DNA from: Octopus sinensis
Lineage: Eukaryota
Length of the DNA stretch: 64,000 nt
Direction: 5' to 3'
NCBI RefSeq assembly: GCF_006345805.1
Contig: NC_042998.1
Location: 96,410,001 to 96,474,000 of the forward strand
Both the position numbers and the translations under genes were made by a program. This document shows positions 50,793 to 64,000 of the stretch, in pieces. A model generated the notes under the pieces. It searched no databases, was not told where the DNA came from, and saw nothing but the letters and a program-made list of their open reading frames with translations. Numbering within the stretch: the stretch's first letter is position 1; each line of letters starts with the position of its first letter.

Positions 50793-51345
50793 GCCCTAAT
50801 GCAATACCAGGCTGTGGCTCTCGTGGCTTCTGATCTTAACTGATTGGTAGTGTTATCACGTACATTGTTTTGTCTTGGCATAAAAGATGAGCTACAGCAA
50901 ATATTCTGCTCAATACCAGATTTGCTTGTCAGTTGTTTGACTTTAACCAGTTGACCAAGTTCCTTAGTGGCTGACGATATGTGCATCTCTGATCACGAGC
51001 AGAAGTAGTGGGGGAGCATCATAGCCATGTGTTGAAAGGGATTCTTTGGGGTTTGAATAATTCACCTCTGGAAACATGGGTGTTTCGTTCAAAATTCTTA
51101 AACAATCCTTATTCAGGAATTTTTTGAGTGGGATGGGTTACTCGACCAGAAGAAAATTTTAACTCGGGCCCCACCTGCAAGGTCATACGCCGTTTATCCT
51201 GATATAAGATCACCATGTCGTGCACATATGGTTGTGATGCATGTGCCTGGTGTACCCTTATCAGACGGGTAGTCATGATGGGTGTACTGAGCTTCGTATA
51301 TTTTACCCCAGTGTCATTCTGATGGCATGCACTGCTCTCCCACTC
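50793..51345 (+). mobile_element. ORF-less element family D in (TAA)n, longer copy
   Basis: Starts gccctaatgcaatacc after (AAT)n and ends ctctcccactc before aataat(gat)n; a further fragment lies at 51753-51862 (-). Confidence 0.8.
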
Positions 51346-51598
51346 AATAATGATGATGATGATGATGATGACGATGATTATGATGATGATGATTTCAAAT
51401 TTTTGGCAAAAGTCCAGCAATTTGGGGGAAGACGCCAGTGCTCAACTGATACTTATTCTATCGATTCTGAAGGATGAAATCAAAGTCGAACTCTGAGGAA
51501 TTTGAACTGCCAACATAAAAACAGATGAAATGCTGCTAAGGATTTGTCAGGTATGCTGACGATTCTGCCAACTCGCAGCCTTAATAATAATAATAATG

Positions 51599-51655
<57 letters not shown>

Positions 51656-51656
51656 T

Positions 51657-51731
51657 CCCAAGATTGATGCCTTGCAAAAAGCAGCCTTATTGGGCACAGC
51701 GCACTTCTTAAGGAAAGTATTATCTGTCTGA
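51657..51731 (+). pseudogene. C-terminus of an R4/Dong-clade RLE retrotransposon next to (TAA)n
   Basis: PKIDALQKAALLGTAHFLRKVLSV* matches the LQKxALLGTAxILRxVL terminal motif; directly preceded by (AAT)n. Confidence 0.75.
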
Positions 51732-53737
51732 GGTCGTTATTCTAACCCAGTGAGAATTTTCTTCCGATCGAGTAACCCATCTCGCTCAAAAGGTCCCTGA
51801 ATAAGGGTTGTTTAAGGATCTTGAAAGAAACACCCATGTTTCTAGAGGTGAATTATTCAAAGGACCTCCGGTGCACTTTATACCTACACTGTGTTACGAA
51901 AGAATAATAATAATAACTTCTGATTTAGGCACAACACAAGTGTTTTCGAAGGGAGATGGAGTTCGTCGATATTATGAACCTGAGTACTTGATGGTACTTT
52001 ATCGATCTCAAAAGGATGAAAGACAAAGTTTTAACCCAGCGAAATAAGGACATAAATAACTAGAAAACCACACGGCGTTTATTTAATGCTGCTTCAGTCA
52101 GCTGATAATAAGTACCAGCCATGTACTTGTGCTGCCCTCGGCTCCTCCAGCTGTCACATTCCGGATGTAATATATTCCTCACATTCCTCGAGTTTATCAT
52201 GGCCGAAAGGGTGCCTAAGTCTGCTTGTTACTGTGTAGGCACCTTAGACGATTAGAGTGAAGCATAGAGAAAGCTCAGTGCGTGTTACAAAGTCATATTT
52301 CGCTAGCGAGCAATGGCTAGGACTTTTGGTCTAAATCAGTGTAACTCTTGACCAAAGTCGTTATTAATCTGGACACTGTAAAGATTATTGCAGTATATAT
52401 ATATACACACACACTCTAATGCTGCCAGAATGGTTCTGGAATTACAGTTCTTATCGCAGGTGCATGGTAAAAAATTTTAACTACCAGTATCATTATTCAT
52501 GCAAGCCGTGAGTCATTCTTGAGATTTAGGTAGACGTTATATTAGTAATGAGAGAACTAAACCAATCCTCATCCACTTCCATTACACATTTGGTAAAAAT
52601 GTGTTGAGTCGATTAATATTTATATATTGGAAGTTATTACTGCAGGAAGCGGAAATTGTATCAGCTGTATGAAACTGCAACAAGCTGTTATCATTTAATT
52701 TAATTGTATAATCTCCGGTTTGTAATAAAGTCGTTTCAGGTATTCCTTTAATCGACATTTATTCCAATTTGGATTTAATCTGTTTTAATGAATTCTCAAA
52801 TGTTAATGACTTTCAGAAACATTAATGAATTCACATTGCAAAGATAGAAAGTGAAATATTTATAAAAAAGAAATAGGTAAAATTAGAATTGAGCAGTACA
52901 TATTTATGTAAAGCGTATCAAATCTAATGTTGATCTGAACATAAGAAATGGTTAGGAAATGATCGATATTTTGAATATCAAACACCGGATGAACATGCAA
53001 GTTGAGATTTGTTAGTTTCCTTCATCTTTGAATGGCAATGTTATGGTGAATAAATAAATCTTTTTCTTGGTCATTCATGGTTCGTACTCATAAGGATATT
53101 CTCCATCTTGGATTTAACATTGCTCTTGCATAATCTAGATAACTACAAAATTGATAATAAAGAATACGAAGAAATAAGTATACTATCACACTATAACACC
53201 ACGAAAGACAACGAAGGAACTTCCACGCGGTGACTGAATCTGCTAAAAATAACAACCCAACCTCATTCAAATCACTCTCTACCATTAAAAAATAAAGGAA
53301 TATATATTTACCACAGTCGTGGGTACAAAAATAGAAACGATATGATCATGACTGGAATGTATATTGTAATTTATTTGCTGGGTTTTATGAACAAGAACGG
53401 CTTTTCTTGCTTAGCTTCAGAGATATGACAGTAGCTTTGACTGAATAGACATAATCCCGTCCCAAAGTCTCCCTATATTAGTGAATCATTTGAGATATGA
53501 AACGAAGCCTGACGGAAGAAGTCGGCTTCTAAAGTCGAAATACAGCAATAATTACCATATTCACTTGCAAATCTGCCGGAAAATATTAAGAATGACTATG
53601 CGCATCATTGTGTTCAATCTCACAGTTTTATGTGCCCTTAATAAGTTATACGTTTGTATGTATGTATGTTTGTTTGTATGTATGTATGTATGTATGTATA
53701 TGTGTGTGTGTATGCGCGCGCGCGCGCGTGTGTGTGT

Positions 53738-54741
53738 GTGCAGATTTGTATGTTTGCTTTATGTATATATTCTCATGCATATAGTTTACATATCTAGACA
53801 TGCTCATATATATTTAAATGATAAACTTCTAGAAAGGTTTACAGATTTTTACAGTTCCACTGATGGATTGGATCTGTTGTCTTTGAATTAGCTTTCTCCT
53901 TTCTGGTTTTGAGAAGCCTAATTTGTCAAGATTGGTATTTAGGAAGTGTTACATATCCCAGAGCTCCAATGATTACAGGTAAAAATCTGAACTTGTAATC
54001 TGGATTGAGTAACTACAAATTTCTCAATAGTTCAGCATAGGTGCTTACTTTTCACTGATCTTCGGCTTTATGTTAACATCCGCTGGGCAGCTAATTTCCA
54101 TAACTGAACACAGTTTCACTTCTCAGTCCCAAATCATTATATCAGGTCTGTTGTGCTTACATTTTATTGTTGTCTTCACTGGGGCATTCCACCGTATTCC
54201 TTTTTATTATGAATAGCTATGGCTTCTACCATATTGTGGGTTCTTATTTCTTTGTCCTCGGGATTATCCTTCCGATGGATTTCATTACAGAGTGTCCTAG
54301 CTATAGCATCATGACTCATCGGTAGATAATCCGTGATGACATTTTCGGACAACTGCTTATAATGTGTGATATCTTCAGTGTGAACTCCACAAAATCTGCA
54401 TCTCTATCCCTTTTGTGCATCAGGTACTTGGTTGATATTTCCTGTTCCTGGATTGCAAACGCATACTCTTCAAAGTGGGAGGTAGTAACCCGGCTATTCG
54501 TCCATGATAAACTGATTTGATGATCGATGTTACTATCATCCCGGAGCTTTCTACTAACATATCCATGCATAGTCTTCTGTTCATACAGGTTCATCCTTCC
54601 ATATGATAATACGATGCGGTAGAATGTTGCTTAAGGAACTGCCTCCAAAGTCTTATGATGTTATCAGCCTCATATATGCAAACTTGGTCATGGGATGCAC
54701 TTCGAAACTCGGTGGTTAAAAGATGTTGCCGAAGTGATATT
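53738..54741 (-). mobile_element. 5'-truncated non-LTR retrotransposon with CCHC knuckle and restriction-like endonuclease (R4/Dong-like)
   Basis: Minus strand with frameshifts: SLRQHLL..., QKTMHGY..AIQEQEISTKYL, RCRFC..EDITHIISSC, KHNRPDIMIWD..VMEISCP, PVIIGALG, KICK.F.KFII*; microsatellite flanks include (TACA)n. Confidence 0.9.
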
Positions 54742-54792
54742 TATGTATGTATGCATGTATGTATGTATGTATGTATGTATGTATGTATGTAT

Positions 54793-54967
<175 letters not shown>

Positions 54968-54979
54968 CGTGTGTGTGTG

Positions 54980-55150
54980 AAGGCTCATGGCCCAGTGATT
55001 AGGGTGTTGCTCTAGTGATCCTGAGTTCGATTTCCGGAACGAACAGTGCTTAACGCTCTTGAGCAAAACATTTCATTTCATGTTGCTCCAGTCCATCCAG
55101 CTATAAATGGGTAATCTTGTGATGGAATAGCCTTCGGCCAGTGAGAATAT
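54980..55150 (+). mobile_element. SINE family C-type head and body
   Basis: tggcccagtgattagg...gagttcgatttcc...ttgagcaaaacatttcatttcatgttgctccagtccatccagctataaatggg. Confidence 0.65.
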
Positions 55151-55292
55151 TAGTCTGCTCGCCAAGCCAGCAGAGAGGTATCATTCCAAAACGAAAACGA
55201 TGCAAAGTGTATTGTGGCCAGTGATGTATAACAGCAACCGAAAGTCTGGTCGATCACGTGATTACGCGATTATATATATATATATATATAAA

Positions 55293-55406
55293 CAATAGTA
55301 CCTTTTCGAACACCTCTGATCACGAATAAATGAATATGAGAAAGACAGGAGATAAAGCACGATTTATTCGTGATCTGAGGTGTTCGAGAACCGAGGTACT
55401 ACTCTG
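55293..55406. mobile_element. Tiny pogo/Tigger-like MITE (hairpin)
   Basis: agtacc..tcgaacacctctgatcacgaataaat versus atttattcgtgatctgaggtgttcgagaaccgaggtact; 30-bp spacer. Confidence 0.6.
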
Positions 55407-56185
55407 TGTGTGTGTTATCGGTGAAGTTGTTTTGCAAAATGTGAAATTGTATGTTAAGAGAGGTGTAGCTGCATCTTGGGAGGGTCATTTTGCATATAAC
55501 AAACACACACACACTCGTTCTGTTTCACATCCTTTTATTTTTGATTAGTCACTCAATTAATTGATCAACCAATTGACTAATGATAATCATAGCGAAATTG
55601 AACCCGTGTATGTGTGCTTCTCGTTGGCAAAGTGACCCACTCAAGATGCAATACAATACATACATGCATACATACCATCACATACATTCATACATGTAAT
55701 ATATATGCGAGTGCATGTATATAAATGCAAGTGTATATGTGGGTGTGTGTATGTGTGTGTGTTTGTATGCGTGCGTGAGTGTGAGTTTGTGTGTGTATAG
55801 ACAGTGATAGATGGATAGATACTTGTGCTTTCCTATTATTCTCTAAATGCTGCACAAAAGCATCTAGGCATGCACACAGGGATGCAAATATATAGATGTA
55901 CATGTATATACAACATATGGTCATACATATGAGTTTGTATATGTGTGTATGTAGAAGTGTGTGTACATGTGTGTATCTACTTGTGTGTGTACTTGTGTAT
56001 GTGTGTGTGTGTGTGTGTATGTGTGTGTGTGTATTAAGCACATTTAAAGGACTTAATGAGTAGATGACCAAAACCGATGCGCCTGACATTTACAAATGGC
56101 AACTATTCTCAAGCTAAGAACCAGGAATGGTAAAGTGATATTCAAAGGGGAAGTTTAACTTCGCTATCATACACGTACACAATCA

Positions 56186-56220
<35 letters not shown>

Positions 56221-56579
56221 CACACACACACACATACACACACACACACACAAACACACACATACAGAAACATACATGTATATACACACATATTTATGCA
56301 ATGTAGTGACGATGTTAATGAGGAAGATAATGATGTCGGTGATGACGGCGTTGGCAATGATAGTAATAACAATAATATTTCTGATTGAGGAAATACGAGG
56401 CAAACACAACGCTTCTAATTAAATGCATATATATACATACAGGGAGGGGGAGAGAGAGAAAGGGGAGAGAGAGGTGCAGTTATTTTAAATGCAGTACTGC
56501 ACATGTACTTCAATATTGGAATTTTCTTTTGCAGTCTGTATTTCTGCACACTTACGCGTGTCTGTGCCTCTATGTGCTT

Positions 56580-56655
<76 letters not shown>

Positions 56656-56985
56656 ACACACACACACATACACACACACACACGCACACACACACATAAA
56701 CGACAGATGTGCGGTCCGTATTTTGGTTTCTTTATTTTGATCTTGAGCTGAGCATTAGTTAGTGAGGGATGTTTTATGGTGTTGACTGGAGATCTTGAGT
56801 AAGTTTTGCATTCTACTGTGGGAAGCTATCCCTGCCTTGCTGTGTGCTATGAATCCGCAATCATCAAAAACGAAATCCTTTTATGCAGGACCTGGTTGAT
56901 GCCTCTACTTAAGATCTGCATAAAGTCGAACACGATATTTCTGCCTTCTCACATCAGCCCGTTTTAATCTAATTAAATATGTTCT

Positions 56986-57372
56986 GCGTAGGAGTGGCAG
57001 TGTGGTAAGTAGCTGATTACGAACCACATGGTTCCGGGTTCAGTCCCACTGCGTGGCACCTTGGGCAAGTGTCTTTTACTATAGCCCCGGGTCGACTAAA
57101 GCCTTGTGAGTGGATTTGGTAGACGGAAACTGAAAGAAGCCCGTCGTATATATGTATATGTATGTGTGTGTATATGTTTGTGTGTCTGTGTTTGTCCCCC
57201 CAACATCGCTTGACAACCGATGCTGGTGTGTTTAGGTCACCGTAAATTAGCGGTTCGGCAAAAAGACCGATAGAATAAGTACTAGGCTTACAAAGAATAA
57301 GTCCTGGGGTCGATTTGCTCGACTAAATGCGTTGCTCCAGCATGCCCACAGTCAAATGACTGAAACAAGTAA
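56986..57372 (+). mobile_element. SINE family B, full length reference copy
   Basis: tRNA-like head (tggcagtgtgg, ggttcagtccc), accttgggcaagt motif, internal (TA/TG)n, tail gactgaaacaagtaaa. Confidence 0.9.
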
Positions 57373-57439
57373 AAAAAAAAAATAAGTATTTGTTTCGTTT
57401 TTCAGCAAGGTTTTCCCAAGAGTCGAAACCAATATCAGA

Positions 57440-57860
57440 ACTTTGAAGTCGTCCTTACTCTTATCATTGAAACGTAAGAGGAGACGACCTACAGGGCGTT
57501 TACTGCCCCAAAGCTGGCTATGAAACAGTGGTTTGGGGAGCCTCTCATCTTTAATTGGAACCTAGAGCCCCTCTCATCATTACTGTAGTTTCATCAGATA
57601 AATTTCGATAACAATCGTGTTGCATCATCGCAATGTTTCACTGTTTCTAACTTCATCTTGCAACTCAATACCGCAAACTGTGTGTAGACATCGCATATAT
57701 AACAAGTTGGGTTGTTTTTATACGCTGGTTGAAAAGGATCCAAGACTCAGCTCCATATACTAGAGCTGAGAGAGCAACTGGCTTTTAAAGATCGATCTTC
57801 ACCTTGAGAGATATATCATGAACGTCCTAAAGACGATGACGAACCTGACCTAAAGCTAAG
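57440..57860 (-). pseudogene. Decayed RTE-clade reverse transcriptase C-terminal fragment
   Basis: ALGQVRHRL*DVHDISLKVKIDL*..SALVYGAESW..MRCL..DERLPKPLFHSQLWGSKRPVGRLLLRFND. Confidence 0.85.
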
Positions 57861-58066
57861 CTAGCCTTGATTATTCTTGATAGTATTTTCACGTAAATGT
57901 ATATGTATGTGTGGGGTGGGGAGGCTATGAACGTATGTATTTCTTTTTATAGATATGTCATGTTTATAAACATACATTAAATGCATGCATACAAATATAC
58001 ATGTATTCATATATATATATATATACTCATACATACACGCATGCTCACAGGCATATACATACATGC

Positions 58067-58122
<56 letters not shown>

Positions 58123-60702
58123 TAACATACATACATGACTCAACAGATATCTGTATATCATTTATAATATTGACTTAGGGCCATTCATGTGGTTATTAAT
58201 AAATTATCTAATTAAAAGTTAATTACGACAGTAGATTGATATTTTATATAGTTATATATGAAGGGAGAGCTAATATGCAAATTAATTATTATGATATCAT
58301 TCCAGTCAGACAAAATTTCTTTGATAGAATATATCTATTATATAGTGTAATATTTCTAAATGTAATCTGGGAAATACTATTTCCAAATTAGACTAACCCA
58401 AATATCTGAAAGATTCGCTGCTACTAGATGTATGGATCCATACGTAGATTATATTTCAAAATTATGGTATTTCATAAACTGCGTCTAAAAATATATTATG
58501 TTGCAAAGTGCTAGAAATACTGGTTTGCAGGCGATTTTCAGTGCTAATGAAAATTCACATCAACTCAACCATGACTAAATAATGACAACCAGTTACGAAG
58601 TCGGTAGTAATTTATTATGGAGTTCATGTCATCAATAATTTATTTGTCAGTGGACACATTCATTAAATTGACATTTACCCAGATGAAATTTCACCTTAAA
58701 ATAGTTAAATGTTGGTGAACCTGAGCTACGTTTTGTCGTCGTTCTCTGACCACAGCAGTATGATAAATGAACTCAATCATAAATCTTAATTATAGCTGAT
58801 GAAATACGATAAATAAGTTGAATGAAGAAACGCTTTGTCCAAGAATGACAATGTTATAAAATTTAGAAAATATAATTTGCTAATGCCATAATAAAGAAAC
58901 TGTTTCCGAAGAAGTAAGAATTTATACACCAGAAGTCCTCTAAGGTTATTAAAGTTAGAAAATCCGTTTAGAATAAGCAATTGGCAGGTAATAGATCACT
59001 TCTATTTGGTGATGTTGGAAACTAAATAACTACAGTTTACTGTAAATTAAAACTGGTATTTGTATAAAATGGAAATTCTAAAGAGGAATAATTTTGGTTT
59101 GTAAATGTAAATGTTACATAGTTGGGGGATATCGAGATGAGATGTTTTCAACTATCCGATCTTCAGCCGCAGCAGTCGTTTCTGTAAAATTAGAATTATA
59201 TTTTATCACTTCAGATCCCTTTTTATAAAAATTATAGTTTGTCATTTCAGATCCCTTTTTAGTGTTTATATCTAGTTTGCTTCTAGATGCATGCAACAGA
59301 AAAAAACGAACTACTTCCTAATATGATAATTGATCTAAGGTAAAATATTTTGTTTTTCTCTTAAAACGAACAGAGGATTTTTTAAAACATCCTTTAGACA
59401 TCATTTTCTCAATATACTTTCGGCATAAGTAAATAATGTTTTCCAATGATTATTTTCGACATAGCAACTTTATAATGTGACACAGAACATATTAATGACA
59501 ATTTACAGAGAAGAGAATTTTAGTATTATTTAACCAATGCTACTGGAAACGCTGCCATGCTCGGATAAGTCGAATAAGGCCCTTTTTAAGTGAGGGTGCT
59601 CTTTAAGGGAGAAATATTTTTAAATATATGAAACAGAAATATGGAATGGACACTTAAGGAAAGTGTTGACACTGAATTCAAGAAAGTTGCCGTTTAGATT
59701 ACCATTTAGAATCAGTATTCGAAATCAAGAAGCTTAATCTATTGCTAAGTTTAAAACTATGCCTTGGATCGTGAGATAATTCATTCGATGTCAAAAGTTC
59801 AGAACAAGTCTCTGGTCTGAGGATAACTCGATAATCCACGAGGTGAAGTTTCTTTCTTCTTCCCTCATCGCTAATTTCAGAAGCCTTACAAAAACTTCAT
59901 TGGTGTTGCTCTTGTCCATGGCTATATACAAAAGCAAGCAACATAGATTGATTGACATAGACTTGGCTAGTGTTTGAAGATACAACAATTTGACTGAAAT
60001 TTTCTGATTTGACATGTAACAGCTGGTTTTCCTATCAACACCAATCCTTTACAGGCCTCTGTAACATGGTGCTCCACCATGACAGAACGCAGTTATGCAA
60101 TCGGAAATTAGATTGGTTGATATGAGTCATCTCGTATGATTTCAATAACAGAGGTGATTCCTTATTTTGTAGTGCTGAGCTGTTATAAAAGTGTTCAACT
60201 AATTTACATGGATTTATTCTTTTCTGAAACCGGTATAGAACATGGTATTAATTTAATGAAGTAGCTGTCATGCAATCGTTGGAAATCGGAGGAAATGAAA
60301 ATCTTAGAAAGTGTTTTGCCCGAAAAATATACACTTACGAGAAATTAGTATCCAAACAATTGGGAAAGTAATATGTTGGTTTATATAAACAATTGTAAAA
60401 GTAATTTACGAAGTAAAAGAAATTAAAGCGGAAAATATGAGAGGAATTTCTAAAACTCACATTATGCCTCTCCTCACCCCACATATTGTAACGAACAGTA
60501 TGTTTTCATGTTCTATATTTTGAATAATTCCCATTTTGATACTTTTTATATCTTTATTTTTTAATATTTTTCTCTTGGATATTTCTTTATTATTGTTTTA
60601 ATATAAATATGGTAAATCATAATTTTTACATAATAAACTTTAAGTTATACATTTGCTAATATAATAATCTGCTGTTAGCCGTATTGTGCATATTCTTAGT
60701 AA

Positions 60703-60950
60703 TCTATATATATAAAGATGAGAATGTGTGTCTGTCTGTCTGTCTGTCTGTGTGTCTGTGTGAATCCCTAAAACTTGAGAACTACACAACCAATTTCATT
60801 CAAATTTTACACATGCCTTACGGTCCCTGTAGTGTCATAAGCCAAAAACATTTTCAATTTCTTGCCAAGTTCGAGCCCAGAGCAATATCATATCTCTTCC
60901 ACTATTTCAGTATTATGTCAAAAGTGAAACAATTATCTCTTATCTCACAT
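60703..60950 (+). mobile_element. Non-autonomous Helitron-like 5' end
   Basis: A|TCTATATATATAAAG followed by (TGTC)n and caaccaatttcattcaaattttacaca, the typical invertebrate non-autonomous Helitron 5' architecture. Confidence 0.6.
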
Positions 60951-60981
60951 ATATTCAGGCATACGTACATATATATATATA

Positions 60982-61041
<60 letters not shown>

Positions 61042-61221
61042 GTGTGTGTGTGCGTGTGTATACATCTGCACAAATGTATATATATATAGATGTATATGCA
61101 TACATGTATATGAGTAGATATATATATAGATGCACATGTAATATGTACACATATATATACACATATATACATGCATACATGTATCCACCCATACACACAC
61201 ATACACACACAAATATACATA

Positions 61222-61382
61222 GGTGCAGGTGCGGCTGTGTGGTAAGAAACTTGGTTCCAAAACACATGGTCCTGGGTTCAGTACCACTGTGTGGTGACGT
61301 GGCATGTGTCTTCTGCTATAGCCTCAGACCAACCAAAGCTTTGTGAGTGGATTTTGTTGACAGAAACCGAAAGAAATCAATC

Positions 61383-61450
<68 letters not shown>

Positions 61451-61620
61451 ATATGTAAGTGTATGTGTGTATCTTTGTCTCTGTGTTTCTCCCTCATCAC
61501 TGCCTCACAGCTGCTGTTCGTTTATTTACATCCCCATAACTTACTGGTTTCACAAGAAGAAATTGATGGAATAAGTACCAAGCTTATCAAAAAGCACTAG
61601 GCAGTGTCTCATATTTTTGT
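61222..61620 (+). mobile_element. SINE family B with expanded internal (TA)n
   Basis: Head aggtgcaggtgcggctgtgtggtaag...ggttcagtaccac; body matches 56986-57372. Confidence 0.75.
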
Positions 61621-61677
61621 TTGCCCACTCAGTTGTATCTATCAATTTTTCTTTTTGTGCATGTGTGTGTGTGTATT

Positions 61678-61791
<114 letters not shown>

Positions 61792-61808
61792 ATATGTGCA
61801 TATTCATA

Positions 61809-63471
61809 TCTATTATATAAAAGTCAATGTCTATGCGTGTTCGTGAGCTACGTATACATTCGAAAACTGCTGCACCGATACTAATGAAATTTGGAACACA
61901 AAATCAAAGCCTACGGAGAAGGGTAATGCTGTGTGTTTCATACAATTTCATGGACCAAAATTACTGAATGGATCCTTATGACATTTGGAACTCAGATTCA
62001 ATGCATAAGGGCGAGTATAATGCAATATGTTTGGTTTGAATTGCAGATGGCTTAAAGGGGGCAAAACCCCCATGAAAAATCATAAATTTTCGATGTTGTC
62101 GAAATTTCAACCATGGGTAATTGACACACATCAAGAAGTATTCCCAAAGTTTCCACTTTTCATGAGGATTCTAAGACCCCCACCCCGCTAATGGGATCTT
62201 AGCTCCCTCAAAAGTACTGAATGGATCTTTATGAAATTTGGAAATTATATTCTATGCATAAGAAATTATGTTCTATGCATGGGGGCCATAACCCACATGA
62301 AAATTCACATATTTTTTGCTGTTGATGACATTTTAACCATAGATATTAGACACAAATGAAGTAATATTTCTAAAATTTCATCTTCTTAGAATTTACAAAG
62401 ACTCCTTCTGCAGACTTAACACCCACAATTTAGTCATTTTATCTAAGCAAACACGAATACAGTTGTATTCTTGGAAGCTATAGGGTCACCCGAGCATAAA
62501 ATATGAGCGTTATTTGTAATTCAATGGTACAACAGTGTAAGAGTTTGCTTTGAGATATACTTAGATTGTGATTTCTGCAATATGGTGCATAAATTGTCAA
62601 GTAAATGAGAGGCATCTTTGCCTCCACTGATTCAGTTGCAAAGTGCTGAGTAAAGTTATTTGATTGCAGACCTCCTTTGAGTCTTCTTATTATCATTGGG
62701 TCCCCGATGGTAACATTGATTTCAAGGCCTTCCCAGATGAGTGACTAGTTATTGAAAGACATTTATAGATTGTAAATTTATTCTGTTCAGTTATCTATCG
62801 GTATAGTGTTCATTTGCAGACTCTAGAAGTGACACTTTCATTTCCCCTTAGCCTTCACGTCATACAGTTGTTAATGTTTGAGTTGAGTCACGCCCTTCCA
62901 ATTGCTATAGATCCGTAATGCATCTTACGGCTGTGCCTGTCACCTGTATGGTGAGGAATCCTACATTGGGTAGTAATAACGACTAGGGTAGGGTAGCTGA
63001 CTGCTTATGGTGATCGTTCGTCTTTTGGTTTCCTGTAGCTTTGCTCTCTTTTACAAACCCAGTGAATATACATATATTTCCTATTTCAAAGAAATTCGAA
63101 CAAAACATATTAAACCCAAGTTGAAAAGATTCTCAACAATTCAACTTCCTGGTTGACATGAAGACACCCACCCCCAATAAGGGCCTTAACTCCCTCATTT
63201 TAGAGCTCCATGACATCCACTTTTCAGAAGCAAAATCCTTTCAACTGCTTCCATAAGACAGGAATTTTGGATTATGCGCATAAAGATCAGTAGTATGGGA
63301 TACATGTGTCATGATTAGAATTTTTTAGGGTTTGTAAGAGAGAGAGAACCCTCATCTGCAATTTTGATGAAATTCGAATCATAGGTATTCTAGTTCATTA
63401 GAGAAAATATAACAGAAAAGTCTAATTCTTCAATTGCATGTAACACGGGCAACGCCGGGTATCTCTGCTAG
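61809..63471 (+). mobile_element. Non-autonomous Helitron, about 1.66 kb
   Basis: 5' A|TCTATTATATAAAAG; 3' GC-rich hairpin acacgg-gcaacg-ccgggt followed by CTAG at 63468-63471. Confidence 0.7.
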
Positions 63472-64000
63472 CTAATTATAATCTAAATTAGCGTGTGTTA
63501 TGAGTTAGTTTTGAAGATATTTTTTCTTTTGTATTTCATGTTCACTATTTTTACGATTATCAAAATAAATAAGAATCTTGTATTTCATCAAGATAAACTA
63601 AAATAATTTACTAAAAATTTCTGTTTCACAGATGGGACTAAAACCTTCCTAAGTTACTACTTAGATAGGAGTCAGTGACAGCTTATCAGACTCAATCTCC
63701 TTGTAGTAATTTCTTGTTTATCTTACCAAAAACCAAAGAACCCAATGGCAGCATGAAATTTTAATGTATTCATCTTGTGTTATATATAAGTGTTTAATCA
63801 TACTAAGAAAACTGACTCGAGACGCATTATCTCGGTAAAAGATCAAATTATAGATAAATCTAAGCGAACTGCATTTTTCTCAGCTTGCAACAATATTCGA
63901 TTATTATCAACCAGTCTCGGTGTGTCTGAGAGTAATCCAATAATTTCCAGATAATCCATATCAATGATACTAATGCACCTATCCATGTTGCCTGCCAATT

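Noticed and set aside
56986-57060. Functional tRNA genes at SINE heads
   Set aside because: Only A/B-box-like motifs are present, with no complete cloverleaf, and they continue into SINE bodies.
58700-60020. Possible decayed transposase or exon (ORFs 58786-58980, 59791-60015)
   Set aside because: No recognisable motif in any frame I translated; left unassigned.
60684-61346. Longest ORF (220 aa) as a host gene
   Set aside because: It reads through a Helitron 5' end, microsatellites and a SINE B head.

Overview
This is an AT-rich, microsatellite-saturated eukaryotic window. An octopus-like cephalopod origin is inferred from its repeat content. I found no supportable host protein-coding exon, and almost all ORFs in the track are translations of simple repeats. 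The window is a mosaic of mobile-element debris: three tRNA-headed SINE families (my labels A, B, C), decayed RTE, Penelope-like and restriction-like-endonuclease (R4/Dong-type) non-LTR retrotransposons, internally deleted mariner/Tc1-type elements, MITEs and non-autonomous Helitrons. There is one 100-N gap. The most interesting signal is apparent partitioning of microsatellites among retroelements. (i) Short non-coding elements carrying minimal hammerhead-ribozyme cores sit in (TA)n tracts. (ii) An RLE retrotransposon has both of its copies embedded in (TACA)n. (iii) An ORF-less ~0.5 kb element and a Dong-like C-terminus sit in (TAA)n. The window also holds a candidate HDV-like ribozyme fold, a U2 snRNA 5' fragment and a tRNA-Lys 5' half, the last two inserted as tail-less retrocopies. 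All family assignments come from motif recognition by eye, with no database search.
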